Origin: Ignavibacteriota bacterium | GTDB taxonomy: Bacteria > Bacteroidota > Ignavibacteria > UBA10030 > UBA6906 | Length of the DNA stretch: 64,000 nt | Reading direction: 5' to 3' | Assembly (NCBI GenBank): GCA_963808715.1 | Contig: CAWEHG010000009.1 | Coordinates: 8,257-72,256 of the forward strand | In this document: piece after piece, positions 41,309 through 51,280 of the stretch | Numbering within the stretch: the first letter of the stretch is position 1 | Layout of the letters: each line of letters begins with the position of its first letter | Translations under genes and position numbers: made by a program | Notes under the pieces: generated by a model | The model's input: the letters and a program-made list of their open reading frames with translations, nothing else | Databases searched by the model: none | What the model was told of the DNA's origin: nothing

Positions 41309-42557
41309 TCACCACCACGCAGGAGTGAACGAAGCGCCTTCTTTGACCTCGGCCGCCACCGCCCGGCGCAGGGCGCGGCCGGCCTTGTCGATGACTTCGT
41401 CGATGATCGGCCGGGGTGTGCGAATACGAGATGAACCAGCGGGGATTGCCGAAGATCCCTTCGACATAGAGCTCCCTCTGCCAGAGGAACTCCAGCCGCG
41501 CGTGGTACCCCGGATCCTTGTGGATGAACTTCAGGAACGGCGCCACGGGAAGGCCGGCAGGGACCGCCTCCACACCGATGTCGTGGGCGATGACCCGGAA
41601 CCCCTCCATCAGGCGGAGTCCCATGGCCCGGAGATGTTCGTGGACCGGCTCGCGCCGCATGATCTTGAGGGTCGCGATCGCCGCGGCGATCGACAGCGCC
41701 TCGCCGGCGTAGGTCGTCGTCATCTTGAAGTCGTACAGTTTCTCCATGTACTTCTTCCGCCCGACGTAGGAGGACAGGGGGAACCCGTTGGCGATGGCCT
41801 TGGCATACCCCGCAAGGTCGGCCTCCACACCGAAGAACTCCTGCGCCCCGCCCGGTGCGAGCCGGAAACCGGTCAGGATCTCATCCATGACCAGGAGGAT
41901 GCCCTGGTCGGCCGTGGCCTTCCGCAGGAAACGGATGTAGTCGCCGCTCGTGTCCTCGTTGAAGTCGTAGGGAGTCGATATCACGCAGGCCAGCCGGTCT
42001 GCGTACGTCCGGATCAGTCGGTCCGCCGTCTCGCAGTCGCCCCAGGGGATGATCTTGACGTACTCCTTCATGAACGACGGTACGCCGTTATTCGGGCTGT
42101 CCTCGGTCTGGAACCAGTCGGGATAGCCGTGGTAGCCGCTCATCAGGATCATGTCGCGCTTCATGTACGCGCGCGCGATCCGGATATTGGAGAGGTTCGC
42201 GTCCTCGCCGGTCTTCATGAACCGGACCATCTCGGCGTTGGGGACCATGGCGTGGACAAGCTCCGCGAGCTCGAGCTCGATGGGGCTCGCCATGCTGAAC
42301 AGGACCCCGCGGGAGAGCTGCTCGCGCACGGCCTCGTCGACCTCGTCATAGCAGTAGCCGAGCGTCACCGGCCCCAGCGCGAGGCGGAAGTCGATGTACT
42401 CCTTCCCTTCCATGTCCCACAGCTTGCACCCCTTCCCGCGCACAATGTATTTGGGCATCGCGGGCGCGAAGGCAGGGTAGGGACGCTTGGCGTTCGTCTG
42501 CGTACCCCAGGGGATCAGGCGAAGGGCCCGTTCGAAGTGCTCGTCGGATGGTCTCAC
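41309..42557 (-). CDS. Class III aminotransferase (glutamate-1-semialdehyde aminomutase-like), one frameshift near 3' end
   Basis: GTG 42557 (GGAGGTGA upstream) overlaps the heparinase-2 stop (GTGA). TQTNAKRP, FMKTGEDAN, LVMDEILTGFRL, GYAKAIANGFP. The tail ..HTPADIDEVIDKAGRALRRAVAAEVKEGASFTPAWW-TGA (41309-41311) requires removing one base near 41405. Confidence 0.8.
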
Positions 42558-44559
42558 AGGGTCACCTCCGGGATATCGGTGGTCACGCCGATCCGCGCGC
42601 GGATCGTGCGGCCGCGGTGCGTGCCGGAGAGTCTCCAGCCCTGTTCCTCCCGCGCGGCCACGATGATCCCGTGGTTCTCGCCCGCCGGGGCGGCGGTGCA
42701 GACCGTCAGGAGGGTGTGATCCTTCGCCGCCGGGGAAAGGATCTCCACGAAGGGGTGCAGGCCGTATTTCTCGGGAAGTTCGAGTGTCGCGGCCCGTGCG
42801 GAGCATTCGCCGGAGGCCTGGCCCTGCAGGCTTGCTCCCGGCCGGACGATGCGGAACATGAAGGCCCCGGCGGTGGCCGTCCCCTTTCCGTCGGAGTTGT
42901 CGACCTGGAAGCGCAGCTGGACGGCATGGGCGTCTCCGCCGAAGCGGACGCGGTCGAGAACGACGAGGATGTCCGGCTTGATGAAGAGCAGCGTCCGCTG
43001 AACGAGCACGACATCGGGAAAGACCAGGCGGTAGGCCTCCGTGGCATCGCTCGTCACCACCATCCGCTCGTCGGACGCGACGTAGCGATCGACGTGGGCC
43101 TCCGCCCAGGAAGCGTTGGTCCCTTCGTGGCCGTCGTGATACTGGTGCCCTTTGCCATCGATCAGCAGGGCCGTGTGCGCGGCGGTCAGCCGGAGCAGCC
43201 AGTTGGGTTCCGTGTGAGAGTAGGCCGCCTTGTACGGATCGTGCAGGAGCCGCTCGCCGAAGGCGGCGAAGACGATGCTGTTCCGGTCGGCATGCTCGTG
43301 GTTTGCGGGACCGCCGCTGCGCAGGGCCAGGACCGATGCACCCGCATCCCAGCCCGTCCGGGAGACCACGACGTCGTTCACCAGCCGGACGTCCTGCAGC
43401 GCCGCCGGAGGCCGGGCCGGCTCCATCGAGGGATCGTACCAGATCGCCGCATAGTGATTGGCAATGGTCCCCACCGTCGTGGCCATATGCTGCGCGAGCC
43501 CGTCGCGGAAGTTGCGGGCCACCCACGCGGCCGCGGAGACGTCGCCCATCTGCCAGGCGTCCCCGAAGTTGACGCAGTCGTTGGGCCGGTCGTGCGTCGG
43601 CATCGACATCGCCATGCCGTACCGGACCGTCCCGGGGAAGTTGATGATCTTCCGTTCGTCGATCCCCAGCCGCCTGCGGATGACCTCGACGGCGAGCGTC
43701 AGATGCAGAACGGTGTAGCCCCAGTAACCGACCCCTTCGTCGTACGAGCCGTCGGACCCGAACATCGAGGAGAACGCGCGTGCGCTCTGGAGAGCCATGT
43801 TGATCCACGACTCCGCCTGCGGATGGCGGCCGTACAGGAGGCAGCCCGCCATGGCCAGCCCGGCGATGGGGATCACTTTGAGGTTGGTGGAATTCAGGAT
43901 CAACGGCCAGCGGCCAGGTCGAACCGGAACTGATAGTCGGTCTCCGGATCGATGGACCAGCCCCGGACCCGCTCGGGGTATTTCAGACCGTAGAGGGTGC
44001 GGTAGCATGCGGGCGCCCCCTTCTCGGCGATCTGCTTCTCCATCTCGGCCTTCAATGCCGGCGTCAGCCGGTCGTCCAGCCATTCGCGTGCGCTGACGAC
44101 CGCGATGGTGGCTTCGGGGGCGCGCTGGAGCCCGATGGTGGCTTCGCCCGCTTCGAGGAAGTAGTCCCATTTCTTGTAGGCAAGCATCCGCTCGAGCGCC
44201 AGCAATGCCAGGTCGGAGTGGACCGTGTCGCCCGTGACCGCATAGGCGAACGACTCACGTTCCAGGATCTGCCGTGCCCGGAGGAAATGGGCGACGTGGT
44301 TGTTCAGTTTCAGTTCGTTCGTCAGGAAGGTCCGGTCGGCCGCCTTGTCCGCCTCCACGAGGGTCTTCCAGAAGGGCTGAAAGCGGGGGAGCTTCAGGGT
44401 TTCCTTGATCCGCGGGAGGTCGGCCGCGTCCCAGAGCAAACCGGGAACCGCGGACGGTGCCGCCACTTGTGCGGCCGCCTCCTGGAACCGGGGAGCCAGG
44501 AGCAACCCGGCGGTGGTCAGACCGGTTCGCTGGAGGAACTCACGACGGGTGCTATTCAT
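42554..44559 (-). CDS. Heparinase II/III-like polysaccharide lyase family protein 2, Tat signal, one frameshift
   Basis: MNSTRREFLQRTGLTTAGLLLAP at 44559 (ORF 43900..44559) joins ORF 42554..44170 near 43908 (..YQFRFDLA/RWPLILNSTNL..). GGPANHEHADRNSIVF motif. Confidence 0.75.
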
Positions 44560-44619
44560 GGGACCATCCCTGCTGTTCTCGTTTCGGTCGGGCTCCGCGT
44601 GGGGACCCCGCCGTTCACC

Positions 44620-45624
44620 TTATTCCAGCACCTCTGAGATACGCACCGTCCTGCGCTCCGCCACCGACCGGGTCATGGCTTCGATGGCGGCGAGGGCCCG
44701 CAGACCGCCGGGCCCGTCCGTTTCCGGCTGGCGGCCGGTGAGCACGCACTCACCGAACTCTCTCATCTGGAGCGTGTAGCTCCGCGTTCCCTCGTCCGGG
44801 AAGTCCTCGTCCTTCGTCTCCGTGACGGCGCCGCCATCGATCCGTTCGATGTGCACCCGGGTCGGCGTGCAATGCAGCAGCCCTTTCGTGCCATAGATCC
44901 GGAGGAAGAAGGCATCGGGGGTGACATAGTACGATGCCAGCGACACGGGGACGCCGGAGGCAAGCTTCAGGAGAGAGGCAGTGGAGTCGTACACGGCCCC
45001 GGGCATGGCGATCGCGGCCGCGATACAGCTGACCTCCTCGACGGGGCCGAGGAGGAACTCGACCGTATCCACGAGATGGATCCCCAGCTGCATCATGGGA
45101 AGAAGCGGGCAGGTGCGCGGGTCGGCCTTCCAGGGGGGAAGTCCGGGAAGCAGGCCGGCGGGCCGCGAGAGGTTCCCTTCCACCGCGGCAACGGTCCCGA
45201 TGGTTCCGTCCGCGATCAGCGCGGCCGCGCGGCGGAAGGACTGGCGCCTGCGCGTGTTATGGCCGACGAACAGGACGCGGCCCGCATCGGCGGCCATCCT
45301 GAGGATCTCCTTCCCTTCGCCGACATCATTGGCGATCGGTTTCTCGACGAAGAGGTGTTTTCCCGCCCGGGTCGCCAGCCGGACCTGCTCGTGATGGAGG
45401 TGGTTGGGCGTGACCAGGGCCACCGCGTCGAGCGCCGGATCTGCCAGGAGATCCTCGTAGGAACGGGCCGCGCGGACCTTATGTTTCCGCGCCACGGCGT
45501 CCATCGCCGCGGCGTCGATGTCGAAGCAGGAAGTCAGCGTGAGCGTGCCGGACTCCCGGATCGCGTTCAGGATCGTCGTGCCGTGGTTGGCCACGCCCAC
45601 GAGGCCGACGCGTACAGTGGACAT
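44620..45624 (-). CDS. Gfo/Idh/MocA family NAD(P)-dependent oxidoreductase
   Basis: Intact 334-aa ORF. VRVGLVGVANHG Rossmann start and the LFVEKPIA motif. Confidence 0.85.
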   Translation of the reverse strand: MSTVRVGLVGVANHGTTILNAIRESGTLTLTSCFDIDAAAMDAVARKHKVRAARSYEDLLADPALDAVALVTPNHLHHEQVRLATRAGKHLFVEKPIANDVGEGKEILRMAADAGRVLFVGHNTRRRQSFRRAAALIADGTIGTVAAVEGNLSRPAGLLPGLPPWKADPRTCPLLPMMQLGIHLVDTVEFLLGPVEEVSCIAAAIAMPGAVYDSTASLLKLASGVPVSLASYYVTPDAFFLRIYGTKGLLHCTPTRVHIERIDGGAVTETKDEDFPDEGTRSYTLQMREFGECVLTGRQPETDGPGGLRALAAIEAMTRSVAERRTVRISEVLE

Positions 45625-45660
45625 AGGTTCTTTCAGTGGTGGTGACGGAGATTACCGCGT

Positions 45661-46464
45661 TCAGGGTTCCCGCATCAGTGCGCGGAGGACCTCGGCGTTG
45701 CGCCGGGAATTCTCGACCAGCGGATGGCAGTGCGTCTCGATGGTCACATGCTGGACGGGTCGGTCGCGGACCAGCGCCTGCATCTGTCCGCGCCAGTCGA
45801 TCACACCGTCGCCGATGGGGACGCACTGGATCAGGGCCCCCTTCAGGGTATCCTTCGCGTGGACGTTCATGATGACGTCCTTGATGGCCGCATAGCCGTC
45901 CGGGTACGGGCGCTCGTCGGTCCCGTACGCGTTGCACGGATCCCAGTTGGCGCCGAACGCCGGGGACCCGACCTCGCGGATGATCGAGCGCGTTTGCGCG
46001 CCGGTACCGCACCAGAAGCCCGGTTCGTTCTCAACGGCGAGTTTCATCCCTTCCGTCGCGGCAAGGCCGGCGGCGCGGCGGAGGTATGCCACGGCCTTTC
46101 CGCGGTTGTCCTCCGACTCCCCCTTCTCACGCTGGAAGCCGAAGGTGATGATCATCCCCGCTCCGAGCTCCCTGGCCATGGCGATGGTCCTCGGGAGCAC
46201 GGAATCCAGTTCCTCCTCGATCTCCCGGGTACGGGACAGCGGATGTTTGAACGTCCCCGGCGACAGGGCCGTGATCGTCACCGATCCGTCGCGAACCCTC
46301 GCGGCCACCTCGCGCACCTCTGCGGGATCCACGGCGGGGACCCTCCCGGTACGCAGGCAGCGGATCTCGAACCGCGTGATGTCCCAGGTCAGCGCGTGCC
46401 GCGCGGCGGCGCCGAAATCGGGGTCCACCTCATCGCTGACGATCCCCAGGGCGATCGGGGTCAT
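45661..46464 (-). CDS. Sugar phosphate isomerase/epimerase (xylose-isomerase-like TIM barrel)
   Basis: ATG 46464 overlaps the IclR stop (ATGA). MTPIALGIVSDE.., KLAVENEPGFW, FGANWDPCNA, HVTIETH. It forms the 3' part of track ORF 45661..46866. Confidence 0.8.
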   Translation of the reverse strand: MTPIALGIVSDEVDPDFGAAARHALTWDITRFEIRCLRTGRVPAVDPAEVREVAARVRDGSVTITALSPGTFKHPLSRTREIEEELDSVLPRTIAMARELGAGMIITFGFQREKGESEDNRGKAVAYLRRAAGLAATEGMKLAVENEPGFWCGTGAQTRSIIREVGSPAFGANWDPCNAYGTDERPYPDGYAAIKDVIMNVHAKDTLKGALIQCVPIGDGVIDWRGQMQALVRDRPVQHVTIETHCHPLVENSRRNAEVLRALMREP

Positions 46465-47279
46465 GCTGTTCCTCCTCCGTTGCCGGAGAGCGCGGCGGCG
46501 GGATTGACATCCATGAACCCGATATTGTGCGAGATCACTTCCGCCTCGCGCTTCAGGATGGAGACGAGCTGGGAGACCTGCTGTTTGTTCCGCCGCGCGC
46601 GGTCGGAGTGCATGGCGGTCATCAGCGAGGCGCAGACCCGGCCGTGATGGTCGCGGATGGGGACCGCGATCGCGCAGAGGTCGGGCTTGTACTCCGCGTC
46701 GGCGATCGAGTAGCCCTGGGCCCGGACCTCGGCGAGCCGTTTCTTGAACCGTGCCGGGTTCGTGATGGTGGCAGGGGTGAACTTCCTGAGGCCGTGGCGT
46801 TTGATGACGTCGTCGATGGCCTCTTCCGCAAGTTCGGCGATCATCACCTGCCCGGTCGCCGTACAATGGAGGGGCGACCGCTGCCCGAGCCGGGCCACCA
46901 TGCGCCAGATCTCCGGGGTGTCGGCGCGGTCGATGATGATCACGTCTTCCTGGTCGAGCACCGCGACGTAGTAGCTTTCGTGGGTCTCGTGGGACATCCT
47001 GACCAGGTGCGGATGCGAGATGGTCTTCAGGTCGATCTTCTCGAGCGCGCGGTTCCCCCAGTCGATCAGCTTCATGCCGAGGGAGTACTGGCTGCGGTCG
47101 TGGTCCTGCGTGACGATCGAATACTGCTCAAGGGTCAGAAGGATGCGGAACAACGAGCTCTTGGGGATCCGGGTCTGGCGCGACAGATCCGCCAGCGAGA
47201 TCCCCTGGTGGGAACCGGCAAGGATCTCCAGCACCTGCACCGTCCTCTGCACAGCCGGTACCGTGTAGTCCTTCGCCAT
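46461..47279 (-). CDS. IclR family transcriptional regulator
   Basis: Intact 272-aa ORF. N-terminal winged HTH (VQRTVQVLEILAGSHQGISLADLSRQTRIPKSSLFRILLTLE) and a C-terminal IclR effector domain (YSIADAEYKPDLCAIAVPI). Confidence 0.85.
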   Translation of the reverse strand: MAKDYTVPAVQRTVQVLEILAGSHQGISLADLSRQTRIPKSSLFRILLTLEQYSIVTQDHDRSQYSLGMKLIDWGNRALEKIDLKTISHPHLVRMSHETHESYYVAVLDQEDVIIIDRADTPEIWRMVARLGQRSPLHCTATGQVMIAELAEEAIDDVIKRHGLRKFTPATITNPARFKKRLAEVRAQGYSIADAEYKPDLCAIAVPIRDHHGRVCASLMTAMHSDRARRNKQQVSQLVSILKREAEVISHNIGFMDVNPAAALSGNGGGTA

Positions 47280-47315
47280 GGTGGCGCCTGTTTATGTAAG
47301 GGAATAGCGTTTAAT

Positions 47316-47325
47316 TAGTGCACTA
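47316..47325. promoter_or_regulatory. Perfect 10-bp palindrome TAGTGCACTA upstream of the IclR gene, candidate operator
   Basis: Read directly. It lies 37-46 nt upstream of ATG 47279, inside the AT-richer 109-bp spacer 47280-47388, the second-largest gap in the 36-gene array. Confidence 0.3.
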
Positions 47326-47388
47326 CTCAACGATACAGAAAAGGTCCGCAAGAGGCAAGCCGCCCCACGGGGAGCGGAGCGGCTCCGG

Positions 47389-49306
47389 TCACTTCCGGTC
47401 GTACTCCGCCGCACTGCGGATCTCGGAGCGCTTTCCGAAGTACCACATCAGAGCGCCGAACACCACCATGATGACCACGATCGCGCCGAGCACGGTGGCC
47501 TCTCCCGGACCGAGATCGGTGAAAAAGATCAGGCTCATCAGCAGGCCCATCACGATGGTCGTCCCTCCCACCAGCGGGAACGTGGAGATCTGCTTCCTCC
47601 CGGCACCGAACACCTCTTTCGCCACGTCCACCGGCGTGTCGAGCTTCTTGAAGAACTCCACCACCACCGCACGCTCCGCGTCGGTCTCCGTCGCGAACAG
47701 GTGGCCGAAGAGATAGGTGCTGCCGCCGAGGATGAGCGCCGCCGCTCCCGCCGCAGCGTAGGGGATCCATGCGCCATCGCCCCACAGTGCGCCGCCGTTC
47801 ACGTTCAGGAAGAAGATCGCCCCGTACACCGCCGTCACCGCCGCCCCCAGCAGGACCAGCTTCCCCTTGTGCTCCAGGTACCACCTTCCCAGAATATAGG
47901 ACGACGCGAAGATCCCGAAAGAGGTGACGAACGCCAGGTACACCTGCGGACCGATATCCCAACCGAGGAACCAGCGCGCCACGACGCCGACCAGCAGCCC
48001 CCAGGAGATCGAGGCGACCGCGCTCCAGCGCGGCACCCGCCGCATCAGCAGCCCGAACGCCACCGGCACCACCACCGGGATGTTCAGGAGCGTGAAGAAC
48101 GTCTGCATCCAGTTGAAGATGCCGAACTGGCTGTTGTTGAAGACCACCGCCATCACCGGTGACGAACAGCCCCAGCAGGATCGAGAAGATCCTGCCGACC
48201 TTCAGCAGCCCCACGTCCGTGATCCCGGGCTTGAACCATCCCTGATAGATGTCGCGCGACAGGATCGAGGAGACCATGTTGTAGACGGAGCTGAGCGTGC
48301 TCATGGTGGCCGCCAGCATCGCCGCGATGAACACCCCGATCAGGCCGTTCGGGAGCAGCTTCATGCACAGAGCGATGAAGACCAGGTCCTGGGGGTTCTT
48401 CCCGATGTAGGGCTTGAAGAACTCCACCTGGCTCAGGTCAGGCCAGATCACGCTGGCCACCAGCGGCGGGATGCCGAACACCAGCGGCACCGTGACGAAG
48501 AGCCCGCCGGCCAGCAATCCCACCTTCCGGGCGTCTTTTTCGTCCTTCACGCTGTAGAACCGCTGCGCCGCCCCGGCGGCCGTACCCAGGCACATGATGA
48601 GGAAGATCGAGACCAGCCAGTGCTCGGTGTAGTGGACGCCGTTGTACATGTGATCGAACGACAGTGCCGGCAGGGCCGCGAGGAGCTTGTCCAGCCCCCC
48701 CACCAGCCCGAGGCTCAACGGCATAACGATGAACGTGATGCTCAGGAGGATCACCCCCTGCACGACGTCGGTGACCGAGACCGCCCAGAGCCCACCCATG
48801 AAGGTGTAGAGCAGGATCACCACGCCCGTCACGATCGTGACCATCGTGATGTCGAGTCCCATCACCGGCGCCAGGAGCTTGCAGGTGGCCGCCAGCTGCA
48901 CCCCGGCCGACAGGGTGAAGTTGGTGGCGATGACCATGCTGAGGATCTGCTGCGTCGTGAAATTGAAGCGGGTATAGGTGTACTCGACGGGAGAGATGGA
49001 GCGGGTCCGGCGCCAGCGCGACGCCGTCATCTGCGAGCCCACCAGGTACGAAACCGACCAGGTCCCGAAGTAGCAGATCGCGAACCAGCCCGTGGCATAG
49101 GCGAACCCCGCCGCGCCGGTGAATGTCCAGGCGCTGAAGTTCGCCATGTAGAGCGTCATGCCCGACACCCACCAGGGGATCATACTTCCCCCCGCGAAGT
49201 ACTCTTTCGCCCCCTTGTTGACCTTCATGAAGTAGAGGCCGATCCCCAGCATGAAGAGGAAATAGGCCCCGATCACCAGATAGTCGTAGATGTTCACGCC
49301 GTTCAT
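47389..49306 (-). CDS. SSF family symporter, copy B (tandem duplicate), one frameshift
   Basis: ATG 49306 (AGGAGA upstream). MNGVNIYDYLVIGAYFLFMLGIGLYF. RWRRTRSISPVEYTYTR. The 3' third is in ORF 47389..48156, joined near 48158. The track fuses it with copy A into a false 1317-aa ORF. Confidence 0.75.
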
Positions 49307-49350
49307 GGAGTCTCCTGTGTCATCCTGCCGTTCGGCTGCAACTGCCTCGA

Positions 49351-51280
49351 TCACTGCACGCCCCCGGCACCGCGGATCTCCGACCGCTTGCCGAAGTACC
49401 ATAACGCCGCTCCGATCACGAAGAAGAGGCCGATCATCGTCCCGACCACGACCTCGCTCCCCTGCAGGTCGGTCAGGAAAGACGAGGCTCAGCAGCGCCG
49501 CCATGATGATCAGCGTGATCCCCACCAGGGGGAACACCGACACCTGCTTCTTCCCCGAGCCGAAGACCTCGTTCTGGACGTCCACCGGGGTGTCCAGCTT
49601 CTCGAAGAACTTCTCCACCTGCGCCCGCTGCTCGTCGGTCTCCAGCCTGAACAGCCGCGCGAACGGGAGAAGGCTGATCCCGTACAGAACGGCGGCCGTC
49701 CATCCGAGGCCGAGTCCGAGCGTGAGCCTGTCCGCCGCATCCACCAGCGACAGCAGCGGGCTGACCTCCGGCCGGATGAACAGGGTGACCAGCAGCCCCA
49801 CCGCCGCGGTCACCGCCGTGGCGAGCGCGACCAGGAGGGGTTTGTTCCGCTCGTACAGCGCCCCGGTCCACCGCGACGTCGCGAAGATCCCGAAGGTCAT
49901 GGCGAACGAGAAGAACACCTGCGGGCCGATGTCCCATCCGAGCAGCCAGCGACCCGCGGCCCCCGCGATCAGTCCCCAGCTGATCCCGGCGACCGCCGAC
50001 CACTTGGGGATCCGGCGGAAGAGCAGTCCGAAAGCGAGCGGCACGGTGACGGGGATGTTGAACAGCGTGAAGAACGCCACCATGATGTTGAAGATGCCCC
50101 ACTTGCTGTTCACGAAGACGATCGCCAGGATCGTCACGAGGACCCCGATGGAAATGGACGCGATGCGGCCGACCTTCAGCAGCTCGTCGTCTCGCGTCTG
50201 CGGCCGGAACAGCCCCTGGTACATGTCCCGGGCGAAGATCGACGACACCATGTTGTAGACCGAGCTCAGGGTGCTCATCGTCGCGGCCAGCATCGCCGCC
50301 ACAAAGGCCCCGATCAGTCCGTTGGGGAGCAGCTGCATCGCCAGCCCGATGTAGACCAGGTCCTGCGGGTTGTTGCCGGCGTACGGTTTGAAGAAGTCGA
50401 CCTGCATGAGGTCAGGCCAGATGACCTTTGCCACGAGCGGCGGGATGCCGAACATGATCGGCCCCGTCATGCCCAGGGCTGCCGCGAAGTAGCCGACCTT
50501 GCGGGCCGAACGTTCGTCCTTCACCGAGTAGAAACGCTGACCGGAACCTCCCGCGAACCCGATCGACGAGATCAGGAGGATGGAGAGGAGCCACCACTCG
50601 TCGTAATGCACCCCGTTGTAGGTGTGGTCCATGGTCAGCGGCGGGAGCTTGGCCAGCAGGCCGTCCAGTCCGCCTACCAGACCCAGGCAGAGGGGGACGA
50701 GAATGAAGCAGGTGCAGAGGAGGATGATCCCCTGCACTGCGTCGGTGATCGACACCGCCCAGACCCCGCCGAAGAAGGTGTAGGAGAGCACGACGATACC
50801 GGTGATGATGGTGAGCGTCGTCATATCGAGCTGGATCACCGGGGCCATCAGCTTGCAGGTGGAGGCCAGCTGCACACCCGCGGAGAGGGTGAAGTTGATG
50901 GCGATGACCCAGCTCAGGAACTGCTGCGTCGTGACGTTGTACCGGGTGTAGGTGTACTCGACCGGAGAGATCGACCGGGTCCGGCGCCAGCGAGCGGCCG
51001 TCATCGTCGTCCCGATGACATACGCGATCCAACCGGTGGAGAAGTAGAGCAGGACGAACAGCCCGTCGGTGTAGGCGAACCCCGCGGAGGCGGTGAAGGT
51101 CCAGGCGCTGAAGTTCGCCATGAACAGGGTCATGCCCGAGACCCACCACGGGATCATGTTCCCGCCGGCGAAGTACTCCTTGCCGCTCTTGTTGATCCGG
51201 GTGAAGTAGAGGCCGATCGCGAGCATGAACAGGAAGTACCCGCCGATCACCAGATAATCGTAGAGGTTGACCGTTTTCAT
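49351..51280 (-). CDS. SSF family symporter, copy A (tandem duplicate), one frameshift near 3' end
   Basis: ATG 51280 overlaps the upstream TGA. MKTVNLYDYLVIGGYFLFMLAIGLYF. By homology with copy B the tail is ..LVFLTDLQGSEVVVGTMIGLFFVIGAALWYFGKRSEIRGAGGVQ with TGA at 49351-49353, needing a shift near 49478. Confidence 0.75.

Noticed and set aside
47327-51280. 1317-aa track ORF that looks like a giant fused transporter
   Set aside because: It is two SSF genes read through. Copy A's real tail and stop (TGA 49351-49353) appear after a one-base shift near 49478. Copy B has its own AGGAGA plus ATG 49306. The last third of the giant ORF is Arg/Gly/Pro-rich nonsense, while the proper copy B tail is in ORF 47389..48156.
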